From: a virus
Taxonomy: Duplodnaviria > Caudoviricetes
Reading direction: 5' to 3' (one strand)
IMG/VR virus record: IMGVR_UViG_3300005404_000004
Coordinates: 1-62,066 of that record
DNA: 62,066 nucleotides
Shown here one piece after another: positions 49,801-58,920 of this stretch. Both the position numbers and the translations under genes were made by a program. The notes beneath the pieces were generated by a model. It was given only the letters and a program-made list of their open reading frames with translations, did not search any database and was not told where the DNA came from. Within the stretch, counting starts at the first letter, position 1, and each line of letters starts with the position of its first letter.

Positions 49801-50479
49801 AATCTACAATTTCTTGTATTGTATCTAAAGACGCATCGTTTGACGCTAATATACCATTTATAGTATCAATCAGTCCTTTAAGTACATTGCCTTGTTTTGC
49901 TGATAATACTTTAGTTCCGTCTTGCGATAATAAATTATCAACGACATCTGCGTCTGTTATAGCGTTAATATCTTCAGCTCTTACAATACCAGAAAAAGCA
50001 ACAACCACATCTGCTTCAGCAGGGGTACCTGATGCTGTTAGCATTGTAACAGAAACTAACTTACCGCCAGTTGTGTCTTCAATATTAGTAACTTTATAAA
50101 TAGCATAGCTATTAATACCATCGCCGGCTAAATCAGTTACTTTTATTATTTGATTTGTAAATAAAGTATAAATACCAGAAACATCTGTTCCGTTTTGTAT
50201 TGTATTTGAAAAAGCTATTTTTTGTATATTAGCCCAGCCAAATTGTGAAGGTGCTGTAGGATCAACTAAATACTCTATTGAACCTGCACCAACTGATGAA
50301 TCTGTATATTTACCACCATAGGTGTATTGATAACCTGTACCATTGCCTTGCTTAGCAAAATGCAGACCTATATCGCTTATTTGAAATAACTTAGTAGAGT
50401 TGTCCGCTGCGTCGTTACCTACTAGTTTATCGCCACCAGTGATAGTGGTATCTGTTGAATATTGTTGTATTCTAGCCAT
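46892..50479 (-). CDS. large tail fibre/hub protein
   Basis: MARI N-term shared with 53144-55270; KVAGKGLSTEDFT, PDGTTAQRP...RYN fibre motifs, three FTGNG...GVYQ repeats, C-terminal LTLP...GW domain. Confidence 0.75.
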   Translation of the reverse strand: MARIQQYSTDTTITGGDKLVGNDAADNSTKLFQISDIGLHFAKQGNGTGYQYTYGGKYTDSSVGAGSIEYLVDPTAPSQFGWANIQKIAFSNTIQNGTDVSGIYTLFTNQIIKVTDLAGDGINSYAIYKVTNIEDTTGGKLVSVTMLTASGTPAEADVVVAFSGIVRAEDINAITDADVVDNLLSQDGTKVLSAKQGNVLKGLIDTINGILASNDASLDTIQEIVDYIKANNASIASLNTTMATKEDKVAGKGLSTEDFTSALLAKLNSIATNAEVNVQSNWNESDNTNDAFIQNKPAIASPSTTLTVQGTANEIDVAGGAQDLSANRTWTVGLPNDVTIASDLTVGDSIQLSNAQSSTPTFDNGIYFSTESGNDTLHFRYDDKDLSIDYLTEVLSTGILNGGELSVANGTQFTIAAGDGIINDINKASGSDPHPEIKKISWSQQTITVSNLDSGNTQQLNSWIYVDANGAVQQQATAFTDAQKRNNITIGSAIHTEGVLKFVKTFPITAYDNTSQINEFANIFGPLKKSGHKVTANGANLSINRAAGVAFALGRNYAADPENPSTVSDSAKTQCVIHRYYRNNSGGFVLDDGPSGNGYTVLDPTKYDNGSGTLQNVTSTKFAAQRLFYFPGTPNIVVSYYGHNVYDSLLDAEKEYILEDFLEAENTSNQAIYLGAIIMKGDASALNNAAQAKILTAGAFRGLASVDLGGVSASASLGDLQDVNIASIANNQIIRYNSSNARWENVALPAGISLTDISVGSEGSPSGDGSLAYNNSTGVFTYTPPALSSFIDGSGSANALPKFSDSDTLADSAISESGQIIDINTTGALRVPDGTTAQRPGSAVAGMFRYNTTDNQFEGYTTQWGAIAGGGGDASTIERNTFSGNGSTTQFTLSSAVTDEIHTQVYIDGVYQSKLNYSTSGNVLTFSSAPPSGTNNIEVIHVATVTVNGASALNKNTFTGNGSTTGFTLSAAPTSEDFTFVFIQGVYQEKSTYVVANNIITFSTAPQNGYTIEVMHINAVNVQQSSYMEYDGFTGTGSQTAFTLVNGNPTDEKFTMVFLQGVYQEKSTYSLSNRVITFTTAPDLNYTIEVISINGGGLLTNPSTRPTVGVISSNTTAVANSVYVLTANLTLTLPANPQIGDSIKISNRSGVATCVLGANNKKIMGAVANLTLDTASASFELIYSGVDQGWVIIGQ
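47200..47850 (-). repeat. three tandem ~70-aa repeats (F.G.GS.T.FTL...V...GVYQ.K..Y...TF..AP...IEV)
   Basis: Directly visible in the translation of 46892-50479. Confidence 0.85.
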
Positions 50480-51324
50480 TATGGATAATGATTTGCGCCT
50501 GTCTGTATTGCATTACCTGACCCTGTAAAGTTAACATCGTAGCATCCGCCACTTCCAGGGTCAATATAATTATAATAAGCTTGAGAAGATCCTCTTACAA
50601 AGCCAGTGTAACCTTGGCTTAAAGTGTAATCAATTGCAGCTGTCATATTAACGCCAGAGCTGGGATTTGATGGAATAAATCTACTTGTTCCATCAGCAGT
50701 ACCACCTGTTAAACTAATTAATGTTGCATTACTAAAACTACAACAAGCGCCAGCGCTAAAACTACCATCATAAGAGGTATTACCAACAGAGTAGTTGCCC
50801 GAATAAGTCCAGTTAAATGTTATTCTTACTTTAGCACCGTAATTCCACATCAATACTCCATTAGAAGTAGTTGTTATATTATCTATTGTTGTATACGATA
50901 TATTGCAAGTTGGTTGCACTATAGTATTAGATGGGCCCGCGGCATGCGTTGCACTTGAAGAAAACGTAGAACCGCCTCCTTGTAAAGTCGTACCACCTGT
51001 GGGCGTTAAAGTAACAGTATACGTATCGGCACTTCTGCCACATCTGTAATTAGTTTCGAACGTTTGGGTGTGATCATAAGGCGATGAAGAAAGCACATAG
51101 CTTCCTGTTAAATTTCCTGATAAATCATATGTTGACCCGGTCTCTCCTGTAACCCTAAATGTATTAGATGTTGCAGTGTTTGCTAAAGATGTATTAGTAA
51201 ATGCAGCACTTTGTAACTCTCTAGTATTTGGATATACTTCTTCGTGCCCTATATAACCTTTTGTAACAGTGGCAGTACCTAGCTTTAAAGCTGAGATGTT
51301 TGCGTGTTCAATATTAGAAGGCAT
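50479..51324 (-). CDS. Ser/Thr-rich fibre/adhesin protein
   Basis: N-term ISALKLGTATVTKGYIGHEEVYP; beta-rich composition. Confidence 0.65.
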   Translation of the reverse strand: MPSNIEHANISALKLGTATVTKGYIGHEEVYPNTRELQSAAFTNTSLANTATSNTFRVTGETGSTYDLSGNLTGSYVLSSSPYDHTQTFETNYRCGRSADTYTVTLTPTGGTTLQGGGSTFSSSATHAAGPSNTIVQPTCNISYTTIDNITTTSNGVLMWNYGAKVRITFNWTYSGNYSVGNTSYDGSFSAGACCSFSNATLISLTGGTADGTSRFIPSNPSSGVNMTAAIDYTLSQGYTGFVRGSSQAYYNYIDPGSGGCYDVNFTGSGNAIQTGANHYP

Positions 51325-51325
51325 A

Positions 51326-51709
51326 CTAAGCTGTTATAATATAAAATGTATTCGGGTCGTATAAATCTACTTGGTATCCGGAAGCAGCTGCTGATGTATA
51401 TGCAGGCGTAAAGCTTACAGTTACGGTTGTACCAGAAGGCACTGCTGAAACAGTACCTTCCGTCCTTGTGGTATTACCACTAGTTCCAGTTACAAATACA
51501 GTTGCGTTTACCGAAAATATACTTGATGACGTTACTGTAAAAGTTACAGAAGATGCACCTGAAGGATTACCACTTGTAGTAGCACCCGTTTGTTTTAAAG
51601 CATCATATTGTGCTTGGGTACCTTTCCAAAAGTTTAATAGGCTTTCATTGTTTCCAGTAGCAGCTTTATAATAATGCTGTCCACCTATTCTTGTTGTTAA
51701 ATTTGCCAT
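51326..51709 (-). CDS. small fibre adaptor (W.GT..QY...NT.Y motif with insert)
   Basis: FWKGTQAQYDAL ... DPNTFYIITA. Confidence 0.65.
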   Translation of the reverse strand: MANLTTRIGGQHYYKAATGNNESLLNFWKGTQAQYDALKQTGATTSGNPSGASSVTFTVTSSSIFSVNATVFVTGTSGNTTRTEGTVSAVPSGTTVTVSFTPAYTSAAASGYQVDLYDPNTFYIITA

Positions 51710-51724
51710 TTTTTATTTTTTATT

Positions 51725-52669
51725 TTATGCAGTATATGTTCCACTTTCTTTAAAGACTACAATAGTATCAGTTCCTTCTGTGTATGTTAAAACAGAAGAA
51801 CCGCTAGTTGTTCCAGAATAAGATGAAGTTGGCATTCTTAAAATAACAACGCCTGTTGCTCCATAAGAAGCATTATTGTATCCCGAAGCAGTCGCCCCTC
51901 CTGCACCTGTGTTTGCAGTTGCAGTTGAGTTGCTACTTGCAGCAGTTCCCCCGATCCCACGGGTGCCATTACCTGACTTACCTCCGCCCGCATAATATAC
52001 GTCAGTACCACTTACTTCTCCTACGTAAGCAGCTGCTGCATTTGTATGATTTAATATATTAACAGCGAGACCGGCTCCACCGCTAGCACCTGAGCCTGCA
52101 GCTGCAGCACCACCACCACCACCGCCTTGGTTTCCATTACCTCCTCCGGCATATCCTTGATTTGCAGTACCTGATCCAGGGCTTCCGTAAGGTGATAAAC
52201 AGCCACCACCACCAGAACCACCGCTATCAGCAACTCCAGTAGTAGAATTAGTATAATACCTTGCACCATGGCCTCCGCCTACAGTGGTAATATCTGTTAT
52301 ATCTGAACCTGTTATACTTGATGCACCTCCATTACTACCAATATTACCGGTTGTACCGAGGCCTCCTCTTGCCCCTACCGTTATTGTGTAAACGGTACCG
52401 GGCTGAAGCGTTAATGCGGTTTCAGCACTAGCTCCTCCACCGGAATTTGATCCATAAGAGGTTCTTAATCCTCCGGCACCACCGCCACCGGCTTCATTAA
52501 TGTTATTAATTATTCGGGAACCACCGCCACCGCCTGCTACTACTAAAAAATCTGCAATAGTAACACTTTGGTAAACAGAAGTAGTGCCTTTATATACATT
52601 CATAATCTCAGTTGTACCTTTATAAAGCTTACCTCCGGTTATTTCTGCTGTTCCTTTGTATAATGGCAT
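51725..52669 (-). CDS. glycine-rich fibre/adhesin protein
   Basis: FLVVAGGGGG...GGGGAGG...YTITVG...GVVILR; N-term LYKGT repeated three times. Confidence 0.75.
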   Translation of the reverse strand: MPLYKGTAEITGGKLYKGTTEIMNVYKGTTSVYQSVTIADFLVVAGGGGGSRIINNINEAGGGGAGGLRTSYGSNSGGGASAETALTLQPGTVYTITVGARGGLGTTGNIGSNGGASSITGSDITDITTVGGGHGARYYTNSTTGVADSGGSGGGGCLSPYGSPGSGTANQGYAGGGNGNQGGGGGGAAAAGSGASGGAGLAVNILNHTNAAAAYVGEVSGTDVYYAGGGKSGNGTRGIGGTAASSNSTATANTGAGGATASGYNNASYGATGVVILRMPTSSYSGTTSGSSVLTYTEGTDTIVVFKESGTYTA

Positions 52670-52670
52670 A

Positions 52671-52829
52671 TTATGCTGTTACGAAGTAAAGTGTATTTGC
52701 GTCTTTAGACCCAATTGCTGCATATTGCGAAGCAGTACCGGTCCATATTAAAGAATCGTTAGCAGAGTTTTGGTCATCTACTGCATTGGCTAATCTAGCT
52801 GGTGGATAAAAAGTATTTATATCTGCCAT
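52671..52829 (-). CDS. 52-aa fibre adaptor peptide
   Basis: Manual ORF MADINTFYPPARLANAVDDQNSANDSLIWTGTASQYAAIGSKDANTLYFVTA fills the gap exactly. Confidence 0.7.
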   Translation of the reverse strand: MADINTFYPPARLANAVDDQNSANDSLIWTGTASQYAAIGSKDANTLYFVTA

Positions 52830-52832
52830 AAT

Positions 52833-53144
52833 CTATGTTATTAAATATCCAATAGTGCTATTTAAGTATACTAACCGCACTGCTTGGTTGTTATTTACTG
52901 TTATTGATTGATTAGATGCTTCAATTAAAGCCGAAGCAATTGTTACGGTACCCGTACCTAAATTTTTAAGCAATACTGTACCGCCTTGTTCCATTGTTGC
53001 CGGAAGCGTTAGTGTTAAACTATTAGAGCCTTGAACTACATATATACCATTTTGTACTGCAGTTGTATTGCCTGTTATAGCACCTCCCGTTGAGCTGGAT
53101 ATTCCTAGAAGTCCAGCGCTTGGTAAATCTATTTGTAGTCCCAT
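52833..53144 (-). CDS. small fibre adaptor (LTLP...Y...G domain)
   Basis: SLTLTLPA...GGTVLLKN...VRLVY...GYLI. Confidence 0.65.
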   Translation of the reverse strand: MGLQIDLPSAGLLGISSSTGGAITGNTTAVQNGIYVVQGSNSLTLTLPATMEQGGTVLLKNLGTGTVTIASALIEASNQSITVNNNQAVRLVYLNSTIGYLIT

Positions 53145-55270
53145 TAGCTAATTCCATTTATTACCCAACCATTAGCAGCATCAGTATAAAACAGCTCAAA
53201 AGAAGAGGTCTGTTCATCTAATACCAGTGAGGTAGTTCTCATTATTTTTTCTGACCCATTTGGGTTTATTGTCCAGGTATATGCTGATTGCACATAATTA
53301 CCATTTGCATCAAAAGCAGAAAGATTTGTAAACTTAATACTGTCTCCTGCCACTCCTGCGGGTAAAGTTAAAGTTCTATCCGCAGTTATATTACTTAATA
53401 TATAGTATTTCCAAGCTACAGCTGTTGCATTAGCTGTTAATGCACCTCCATATTCATACCCTTGTTTTAATACTACAGCACCGTTAGTGCCCGCTGCGGC
53501 AACGATTAAATTATTAAAGTCTATAGATGCAACTTGTACGTCTGTATTTCCTCCAAAATCATAACTAGCCCCATTTGCAGAAGCTAAAACATTTAATGCG
53601 TTTTGCGATATAGCTTTTGTACTAGTATTATAATATAAATAATTATTTGTACTAGCAGTAGGTATATCATTTAACTTTAAAACTTCTGAATTTATGTTAA
53701 ATTCACTTGTATTTACTGTTAACGCACCGCTTCCTTGTTTACCAAATGTAAAACTATTATTAGAATCATTAATAGAAACTATTTGATATATATTTACAGA
53801 TGTATCATTTATAAGTTGCCCTTGTGCAGGGAATGCTGTAGTATATGTCGACTCAACAAAATATAAAGATTGGTTTGTGGGTATTGCCCCAAACAGTGTA
53901 TTTATACTAGCAAAGTTAGAAGCGCTGGCTGTAACACTTGTGCTACCGCTTGTTATAGATATTCCTGCTACTGAGGCAGGCGAGGTAGCAGCTTGGAACA
54001 AAGTGCCGTTGCTTTGTCTTATACCATAAAACATTCGGCCCATAGTTATATTGCCACTTGGGCCAGCTAGAGTTTCTGATAATCCTGGTAATATAGCCGC
54101 AACACCTGAGTTTAATTCAGGAAGTGTAAAATAATCCGAAGCTATTTGTAATTTTGTAAGTGTACCTTGATTAACTAGCCCAGATAAACTTGAAGGATTT
54201 CCAGCTACAGCAACTATCTGCGCACCTGTTGGTGCACCTGTTGAGTCTTGTAAAGATATACCCGTAGCGGATAATACAGCTCTGTTACCATTAGTAGCAA
54301 TAGCTGTAACAGTATTTTGGCCCATAATTGTGCGGCCATCATTTGCAGTAGTATTAGAGTCTACTACTAAATCTTGCGTAAATCTAGTAGAGTTAGATAT
54401 TATGTTAGACCCATTTCCTGATATTAATAAATCAGATCCGTCTGTACCTAGAGTAACATTAGGAGCAGTATCACCAAAAACAATTGTAGACTCGGAGTCT
54501 TTCATGTTGATTGCCCCATGCATATTTAAATTCCTTGGGTCATTATTGGGATTATCTGTACCTATTGTAACGTCCCCTGAGTCTATAATTAGATCTCGTG
54601 TAATTTTTAATTTGCCAACTACTTGAGTTTCAATTTGTTGTGCTCCTGTTAAAAAAGTAAATTCTGTAAAAGCAGTTTGGCCCCCTGTATATGCTTGATC
54701 TAATGTTACATTAAAGCACCACTCAGTATATTTATTATTGCCATTTGTTACATATTTACTGTCATTAGCGGCCGGTGAATCTGAAGTAAAAGTTGGTGCA
54801 TTGAAAGATGTTACCGTTCCTGTATAAGTTGACCCGCCAAGAGTGCCTGTAAAAGTTGCTGAATTTGTTGCAAAGTCTGCTAAATCATAATCAACAGCAA
54901 ATTGTCCGTCGTTATAATCTCTTATAATTAAAAACACTTGGCCTGTGCCGAGTGTATTCAAATAAATATCGGCTCCGGTGTTTACCGTAGCACTTTTTAA
55001 TACAACATTTGTAAGCACCGAACCTTTTAATGTTCTTACTAGCGCTTTTTCGTATGCTGTACCTTCTCTGTTTACTGAAAGAAAGAAGCCTAAAGGAACA
55101 GAGTCGGGAATATTATTTACAGTATTCCCGTCCCCTATTATATAAGTCTTTAGACTATCTATCGTATAATTTTTAGTTGCTAATGCGGATGAAGAATTTG
55201 CATCAGTACCCAAAAGCTTATCGCTTCCTTCGACAGTAGAGTCTATGGTATATGTACTGATTCTTGCCAT
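53144..55270 (-). CDS. tail fibre/hub protein
   Basis: MARISTY...DKLLGTDA N-term; C-terminal TLTLPAG..GDSIK...KIM...FELFY...GWVI. Confidence 0.7.
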   Translation of the reverse strand: MARISTYTIDSTVEGSDKLLGTDANSSSALATKNYTIDSLKTYIIGDGNTVNNIPDSVPLGFFLSVNREGTAYEKALVRTLKGSVLTNVVLKSATVNTGADIYLNTLGTGQVFLIIRDYNDGQFAVDYDLADFATNSATFTGTLGGSTYTGTVTSFNAPTFTSDSPAANDSKYVTNGNNKYTEWCFNVTLDQAYTGGQTAFTEFTFLTGAQQIETQVVGKLKITRDLIIDSGDVTIGTDNPNNDPRNLNMHGAINMKDSESTIVFGDTAPNVTLGTDGSDLLISGNGSNIISNSTRFTQDLVVDSNTTANDGRTIMGQNTVTAIATNGNRAVLSATGISLQDSTGAPTGAQIVAVAGNPSSLSGLVNQGTLTKLQIASDYFTLPELNSGVAAILPGLSETLAGPSGNITMGRMFYGIRQSNGTLFQAATSPASVAGISITSGSTSVTASASNFASINTLFGAIPTNQSLYFVESTYTTAFPAQGQLINDTSVNIYQIVSINDSNNSFTFGKQGSGALTVNTSEFNINSEVLKLNDIPTASTNNYLYYNTSTKAISQNALNVLASANGASYDFGGNTDVQVASIDFNNLIVAAAGTNGAVVLKQGYEYGGALTANATAVAWKYYILSNITADRTLTLPAGVAGDSIKFTNLSAFDANGNYVQSAYTWTINPNGSEKIMRTTSLVLDEQTSSFELFYTDAANGWVINGIS

Positions 55271-55407
55271 TATTTATTTTTTAATAAAGTTCCCTTAGAA
55301 TTATTTTTAACTCGTCTAGTTATTGGCACCATACAATCACAAATTGTTCTCTTGCAATCGCATAAATCTTTTCCTTTACCTAATAAACTTATTTTTTTAC
55401 TTTTCAT
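55270..55407 (-). CDS. small basic Cys-containing protein (45 aa)
   Basis: Manual ORF MKSKKISLLGKGKDLCDCKRTICDCMVPITRRVKNN...; TAATG coupling. Confidence 0.5.
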   Translation of the reverse strand: MKSKKISLLGKGKDLCDCKRTICDCMVPITRRVKNNSKGTLLKNK

Positions 55408-55409
55408 AA

Positions 55410-55766
55410 TTATGCGTCTGTTATTAGTGCTTCTATTACTCCGTTGACTTTAAGAGTGTCGTTAGTAGCAAATTTGTATGATTGTTGTATTCCTTCAGGT
55501 GTTTTAAACATTATTACAGTATGAACAGCTGATCCTTTAGTTACAGTCATAGTTGCTGTAACACTATTAGGCCTTACCTTAACATCATATACTAACTTGG
55601 CAACATCTGTTTGATATGTTCCATTAGCAAGTTTTTCAGGCCCATTTGTCATAAATTCTCTTAATACAACACCAGTTATGGTTACACCATTTGATGGAGC
55701 AGCAGCGGAGTATGTCACTTCGCCTGTAGTTGCATTAACAGAAGGAGTTATAGCTAAAAATCCCAT
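55410..55766 (-). CDS. hypothetical beta-rich protein (possibly structural)
   Basis: ORF track. Confidence 0.6.
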   Translation of the reverse strand: MGFLAITPSVNATTGEVTYSAAAPSNGVTITGVVLREFMTNGPEKLANGTYQTDVAKLVYDVKVRPNSVTATMTVTKGSAVHTVIMFKTPEGIQQSYKFATNDTLKVNGVIEALITDA

Positions 55767-55769
55767 TTT

Positions 55770-56219
55770 TTATTTTTTTTGTTTGTTAAATTTTTTAATT
55801 GCTTGGCTATATACTTTATCTATATACCGTTCGCGCTTCATTATTTTATTGCGCTTAGTAGACTCAGGTAAATTTTCTTCACCTATAAGTATTCTATATA
55901 TTCTATTTATTAAATATTTTCCTTTGTGGCTTACTTTATATTTGTTATGGTCCCCTATTCTTCCTTTGCCCATATGGACTTTTTCAATCCAACCTTCTTT
56001 TTGTAATCTATAAAACCTTGTTTTATCCCAAGAATAATATAAAGTACCGTCTTTAAAGTCATTAATTGTAAAGTAAAAAATAGGGTCTAAATAAAACAAA
56101 AGCTCTAAATCTGCCACACCTAAATTATTATTAATACAGGCCCAACGTGATACTAATCTATAATTTTTTAAAAAATCTACTTTTAACTCTCCTCTTTCAA
56201 CAAAATCAGATCGATCCAT
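55770..56219 (-). CDS. winged-helix (MarR-like) DNA-binding protein
   Basis: LGVADLELLFYL...RLQKEGWIE...YKVSHKGK pattern. Confidence 0.55.
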   Translation of the reverse strand: MDRSDFVERGELKVDFLKNYRLVSRWACINNNLGVADLELLFYLDPIFYFTINDFKDGTLYYSWDKTRFYRLQKEGWIEKVHMGKGRIGDHNKYKVSHKGKYLINRIYRILIGEENLPESTKRNKIMKRERYIDKVYSQAIKKFNKQKK

Positions 56220-56470
56220 TATAAAATAGCAACTACGTCTTTAAGAGCTATAACTTTGTATAGTTCATCGCTATACTCTATATCGTGGCCTGAAACTTTA
56301 TCGTATAATATTTTTTGCTTTTCTTTTATTACATCTGGTCCAGATGACATTACAATTCCTTTGCGGTAGCGCATTTCTTCATGCTTATCCGCAAGCTCTA
56401 AGCCTCCAGCTGTTTTTTTAATATTTTCAGCTATGTCTTTTATAATTATGTAATTGCCTATTGCTATCAT
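56219..56470 (-). CDS. groES: co-chaperonin GroES
   Basis: Mobile loop KKTAGGLEL, GIVMSSG, final DVVAIL; coupled to groEL. Confidence 0.85.
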   Translation of the reverse strand: MIAIGNYIIIKDIAENIKKTAGGLELADKHEEMRYRKGIVMSSGPDVIKEKQKILYDKVSGHDIEYSDELYKVIALKDVVAIL

Positions 56471-58050
56471 TCTTCTCTAACATTTGAAATTACACAATCA
56501 GTGGAAAGAATAGTAGCAGCTACAGATACAGCATTATTTAAAGCTGTTTTTGTAACAAGGAGTGGGTCTACAATACCACGATTAATCATGTCTTTAATAC
56601 ACCCACAGGTAACATCAACACCTTCGCCCCATTTGTTTAAACTATATGAAGCAGGTTCTAAACCAGCATTTTTAAGTATTTTGGTAAAAGGCGCTGCTAG
56701 AGCTGATTGCAATATTTGCAAACCAGTTAGCATTGCTCCGTTTAATTTCATAGGATCTGTGTCCATAACGGCAGCATACGCAAGTGCTGATCCACCCCCG
56801 GGTAATATGCCTTCTTTTTTGGCAGCACGAACGGCGTGTATAGCATCATCTACTCTGTCTTGTTTTTCTTTTAGCTCTACTTCAGTATCTGCGCCTACAA
56901 ATATTACTGCAACGCCGCCCGATAATAAAGCTAATCGATCATTTAAATGTTTAGTCATTACATGATGATCTTCTTTTTCAAGAACAGTTTTTAAATACTT
57001 AATTCTGTCTTGTACTTCTTTTGGCTTATCATTAACCATAAGTACAGTACCATCTTTATCTGAAAAGGCTTTATCAGCCGACCCTAGCATGTCAGGGGTG
57101 ATTGCATCAATTGAATCACCCAGCGTTTCATCAAAAACTTTCGCACCGACAAGCAACGCTAGATCCTCTAGTATATCTTTTCTTTTAAGTCCAAAACTTG
57201 GAGGGTCTATAACGTTGACCTTAATGTTGCCCTTTACTTTATTCATAGCTAAAGCCGCTAGCGGTTGCGACTCTAAAGGAGCAACAAGGAGCATTGATCG
57301 ATTGGACTGTATCGCATACTCCAAGATGTCTTGAATTTTTCTCATGTTTGGAATATCCGAAACACTTAAGAAAATTAAAGGATTATCTAGTTCAGTAATC
57401 TCTTTTTCATTATTAGTATAAAAATGAGGACTTTTGCTTACTGAACCTATTTTTGTGCCTTGTACCGCTTGCACATAAGTTTCGCTAGTAGGAGAGCTTT
57501 CCATGGTAACAACCCCATTATCACCTGCTTGATTAAAAGCTTTAGCTATTATATCACCTAGCGCTACATCGTTATTGGCTGATATAGTTGAAACCTGCAC
57601 TAACTTTTCTTCTTCTATAGGTATAGCTTTTTTATCTAGTATTTTTATAATATGATCTTTAAAAAGATCCATACCTTTTCTTATATCTCTAAAAGAATGC
57701 TCATACCCTTTTGCTGAATAGTAATAGTCAATAATAGCTTTTGTAAGTACTATGGAGGTAGTTGTACCATCACCTGCTACAGCTGCTGTTTTTTGTGCAG
57801 CTTGCTTCATCATAGACACTGCAAGATTTTCTATAGGATCTTGAAGTAATATGCTGTTTGCAACAGTTACACCGTCTTTAGTTACTTGAGGACCACCGAA
57901 GTCGTCTTCTATAATAACAGTTTTACCGCTAGCTCCTAAAGTCGAGCCAACGGCATTTGCTATCTTATTTATTCCATTAATTAACTTTTCTTTTGCCTCG
58001 CCGTCAAAATACATTTTTTTAACAAGCTTAGGCCCACCGAATTGTGCCAT
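56467..58050 (-). CDS. groEL: chaperonin GroEL
   Basis: VTKDGVTVA, AGDGTTT, PSFG..RK..LED, GILPGGG, GIVDP..VTK.AL.NA.SVA. Confidence 0.96.
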   Translation of the reverse strand: MAQFGGPKLVKKMYFDGEAKEKLINGINKIANAVGSTLGASGKTVIIEDDFGGPQVTKDGVTVANSILLQDPIENLAVSMMKQAAQKTAAVAGDGTTTSIVLTKAIIDYYYSAKGYEHSFRDIRKGMDLFKDHIIKILDKKAIPIEEEKLVQVSTISANNDVALGDIIAKAFNQAGDNGVVTMESSPTSETYVQAVQGTKIGSVSKSPHFYTNNEKEITELDNPLIFLSVSDIPNMRKIQDILEYAIQSNRSMLLVAPLESQPLAALAMNKVKGNIKVNVIDPPSFGLKRKDILEDLALLVGAKVFDETLGDSIDAITPDMLGSADKAFSDKDGTVLMVNDKPKEVQDRIKYLKTVLEKEDHHVMTKHLNDRLALLSGGVAVIFVGADTEVELKEKQDRVDDAIHAVRAAKKEGILPGGGSALAYAAVMDTDPMKLNGAMLTGLQILQSALAAPFTKILKNAGLEPASYSLNKWGEGVDVTCGCIKDMINRGIVDPLLVTKTALNNAVSVAATILSTDCVISNVREE

Positions 58051-58078
58051 TTGATTTGATTTGATTTATATAATTGTA

Positions 58079-58381
58079 TTAACAATTCCATTTGCGTCTT
58101 GCGGCTCTACCTCTTTCCGAGGTCCAGCCTTTAGATCTCGCACAGAATGACTTTCTGCGTTTTGCAGCTTTACTTCCTTTTTTAAGTTTGGAAGGTGGTG
58201 TTGTAACCGCAGTCTTCAGTTTACTACCAGGATTGTCCCTGCGATATTTAGCAACACCTTTACGGGTCATTCCGCCACCGGCTTTTTTCCCTCTACCACC
58301 GCCTTTTTTAACTTTAGAATAATATCCCAAAGACTTCTTTTTAGAAGGGGCTGGTGGTTTACGTCTTTTTTTAGGAGGCAT
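58079..58381 (-). CDS. small highly basic phage protein
   Basis: GGMTRKGVAKYRRDNPGSKLKTAVT...KRRKSFCARS...ARRKWNC. Confidence 0.75.
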   Translation of the reverse strand: MPPKKRRKPPAPSKKKSLGYYSKVKKGGGRGKKAGGGMTRKGVAKYRRDNPGSKLKTAVTTPPSKLKKGSKAAKRRKSFCARSKGWTSERGRAARRKWNC

Positions 58382-58384
58382 TAG

Positions 58385-58687
58385 TTATATTTCGTCTAAT
58401 AGTTCTTTATTTTTTTTAGCCTTGGACAGCTCATCTACTACTTCTTGACCGTCTGATTGCCCTTTTTCAAAAGCAGCACCCATTTTTTCGTACTCGCTAG
58501 GTTGTTCTTCGTCGCTAACCATTTCTGAACTAGCTTTTTCTGCTGCATACATATCGCCAGGGGCAGTAAGTGGTGCTCCAGCCATTTTATACAAGTGAGA
58601 TGCTTTTATAAGATTTGAATCTCTTTCACTAATATTGCCTTCGGTGTGCTTTTGCTTGGTACCGATTTTCATTCTAAAATTGCTCAT
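58385..58687 (-). CDS. hypothetical protein
   Basis: ORF track; in operon. Confidence 0.6.
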   Translation of the reverse strand: MSNFRMKIGTKQKHTEGNISERDSNLIKASHLYKMAGAPLTAPGDMYAAEKASSEMVSDEEQPSEYEKMGAAFEKGQSDGQEVVDELSKAKKNKELLDEI

Positions 58688-58920
58688 TTTTTTTCTTTTT
58701 TAGTTCCTTTCCCGTCGTTTCCGCGGTTTCGTTTAATAGTTTTAAATTTACGGTCTTTATGATCATAGTCTTTACCGGTCAGAGAACGCCCCGCCTTCTT
58801 TGCAGCTCTACGTTTTTTTTGGCTATCCGCTTTTTTTCGTTTGCGGTCTTTGGATTTTGCATATCGCAAATCTCTTTTTGCCTTAGCCGCTCGGGCTCTT
58901 TGGGTTAGTTTCTGACTCAT
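58684..58920 (-). CDS. small highly basic protein (degenerate HNH-like DYDH...NRG)
   Basis: K/R-rich; GKDYDHKD...KRNRG. Confidence 0.6.
   Translation of the reverse strand: MSQKLTQRARAAKAKRDLRYAKSKDRKRKKADSQKKRRAAKKAGRSLTGKDYDHKDRKFKTIKRNRGNDGKGTKKEKK

Noticed and set aside
40453-55270. Diversity-generating retroelement or invertible shufflon acting on the fibre genes
   Set aside because: No reverse transcriptase or invertase, and no near-identical TR/VR pair with A-specific differences was seen; the repeats are diverged protein-level paralogs.
15207-57334. Numerous + strand ORFs of 60-181 aa opposite the structural genes (e.g. 18111-18656, 56501-56965)
   Set aside because: Antisense shadows of long minus-strand genes, with no motifs or plausible operon context.
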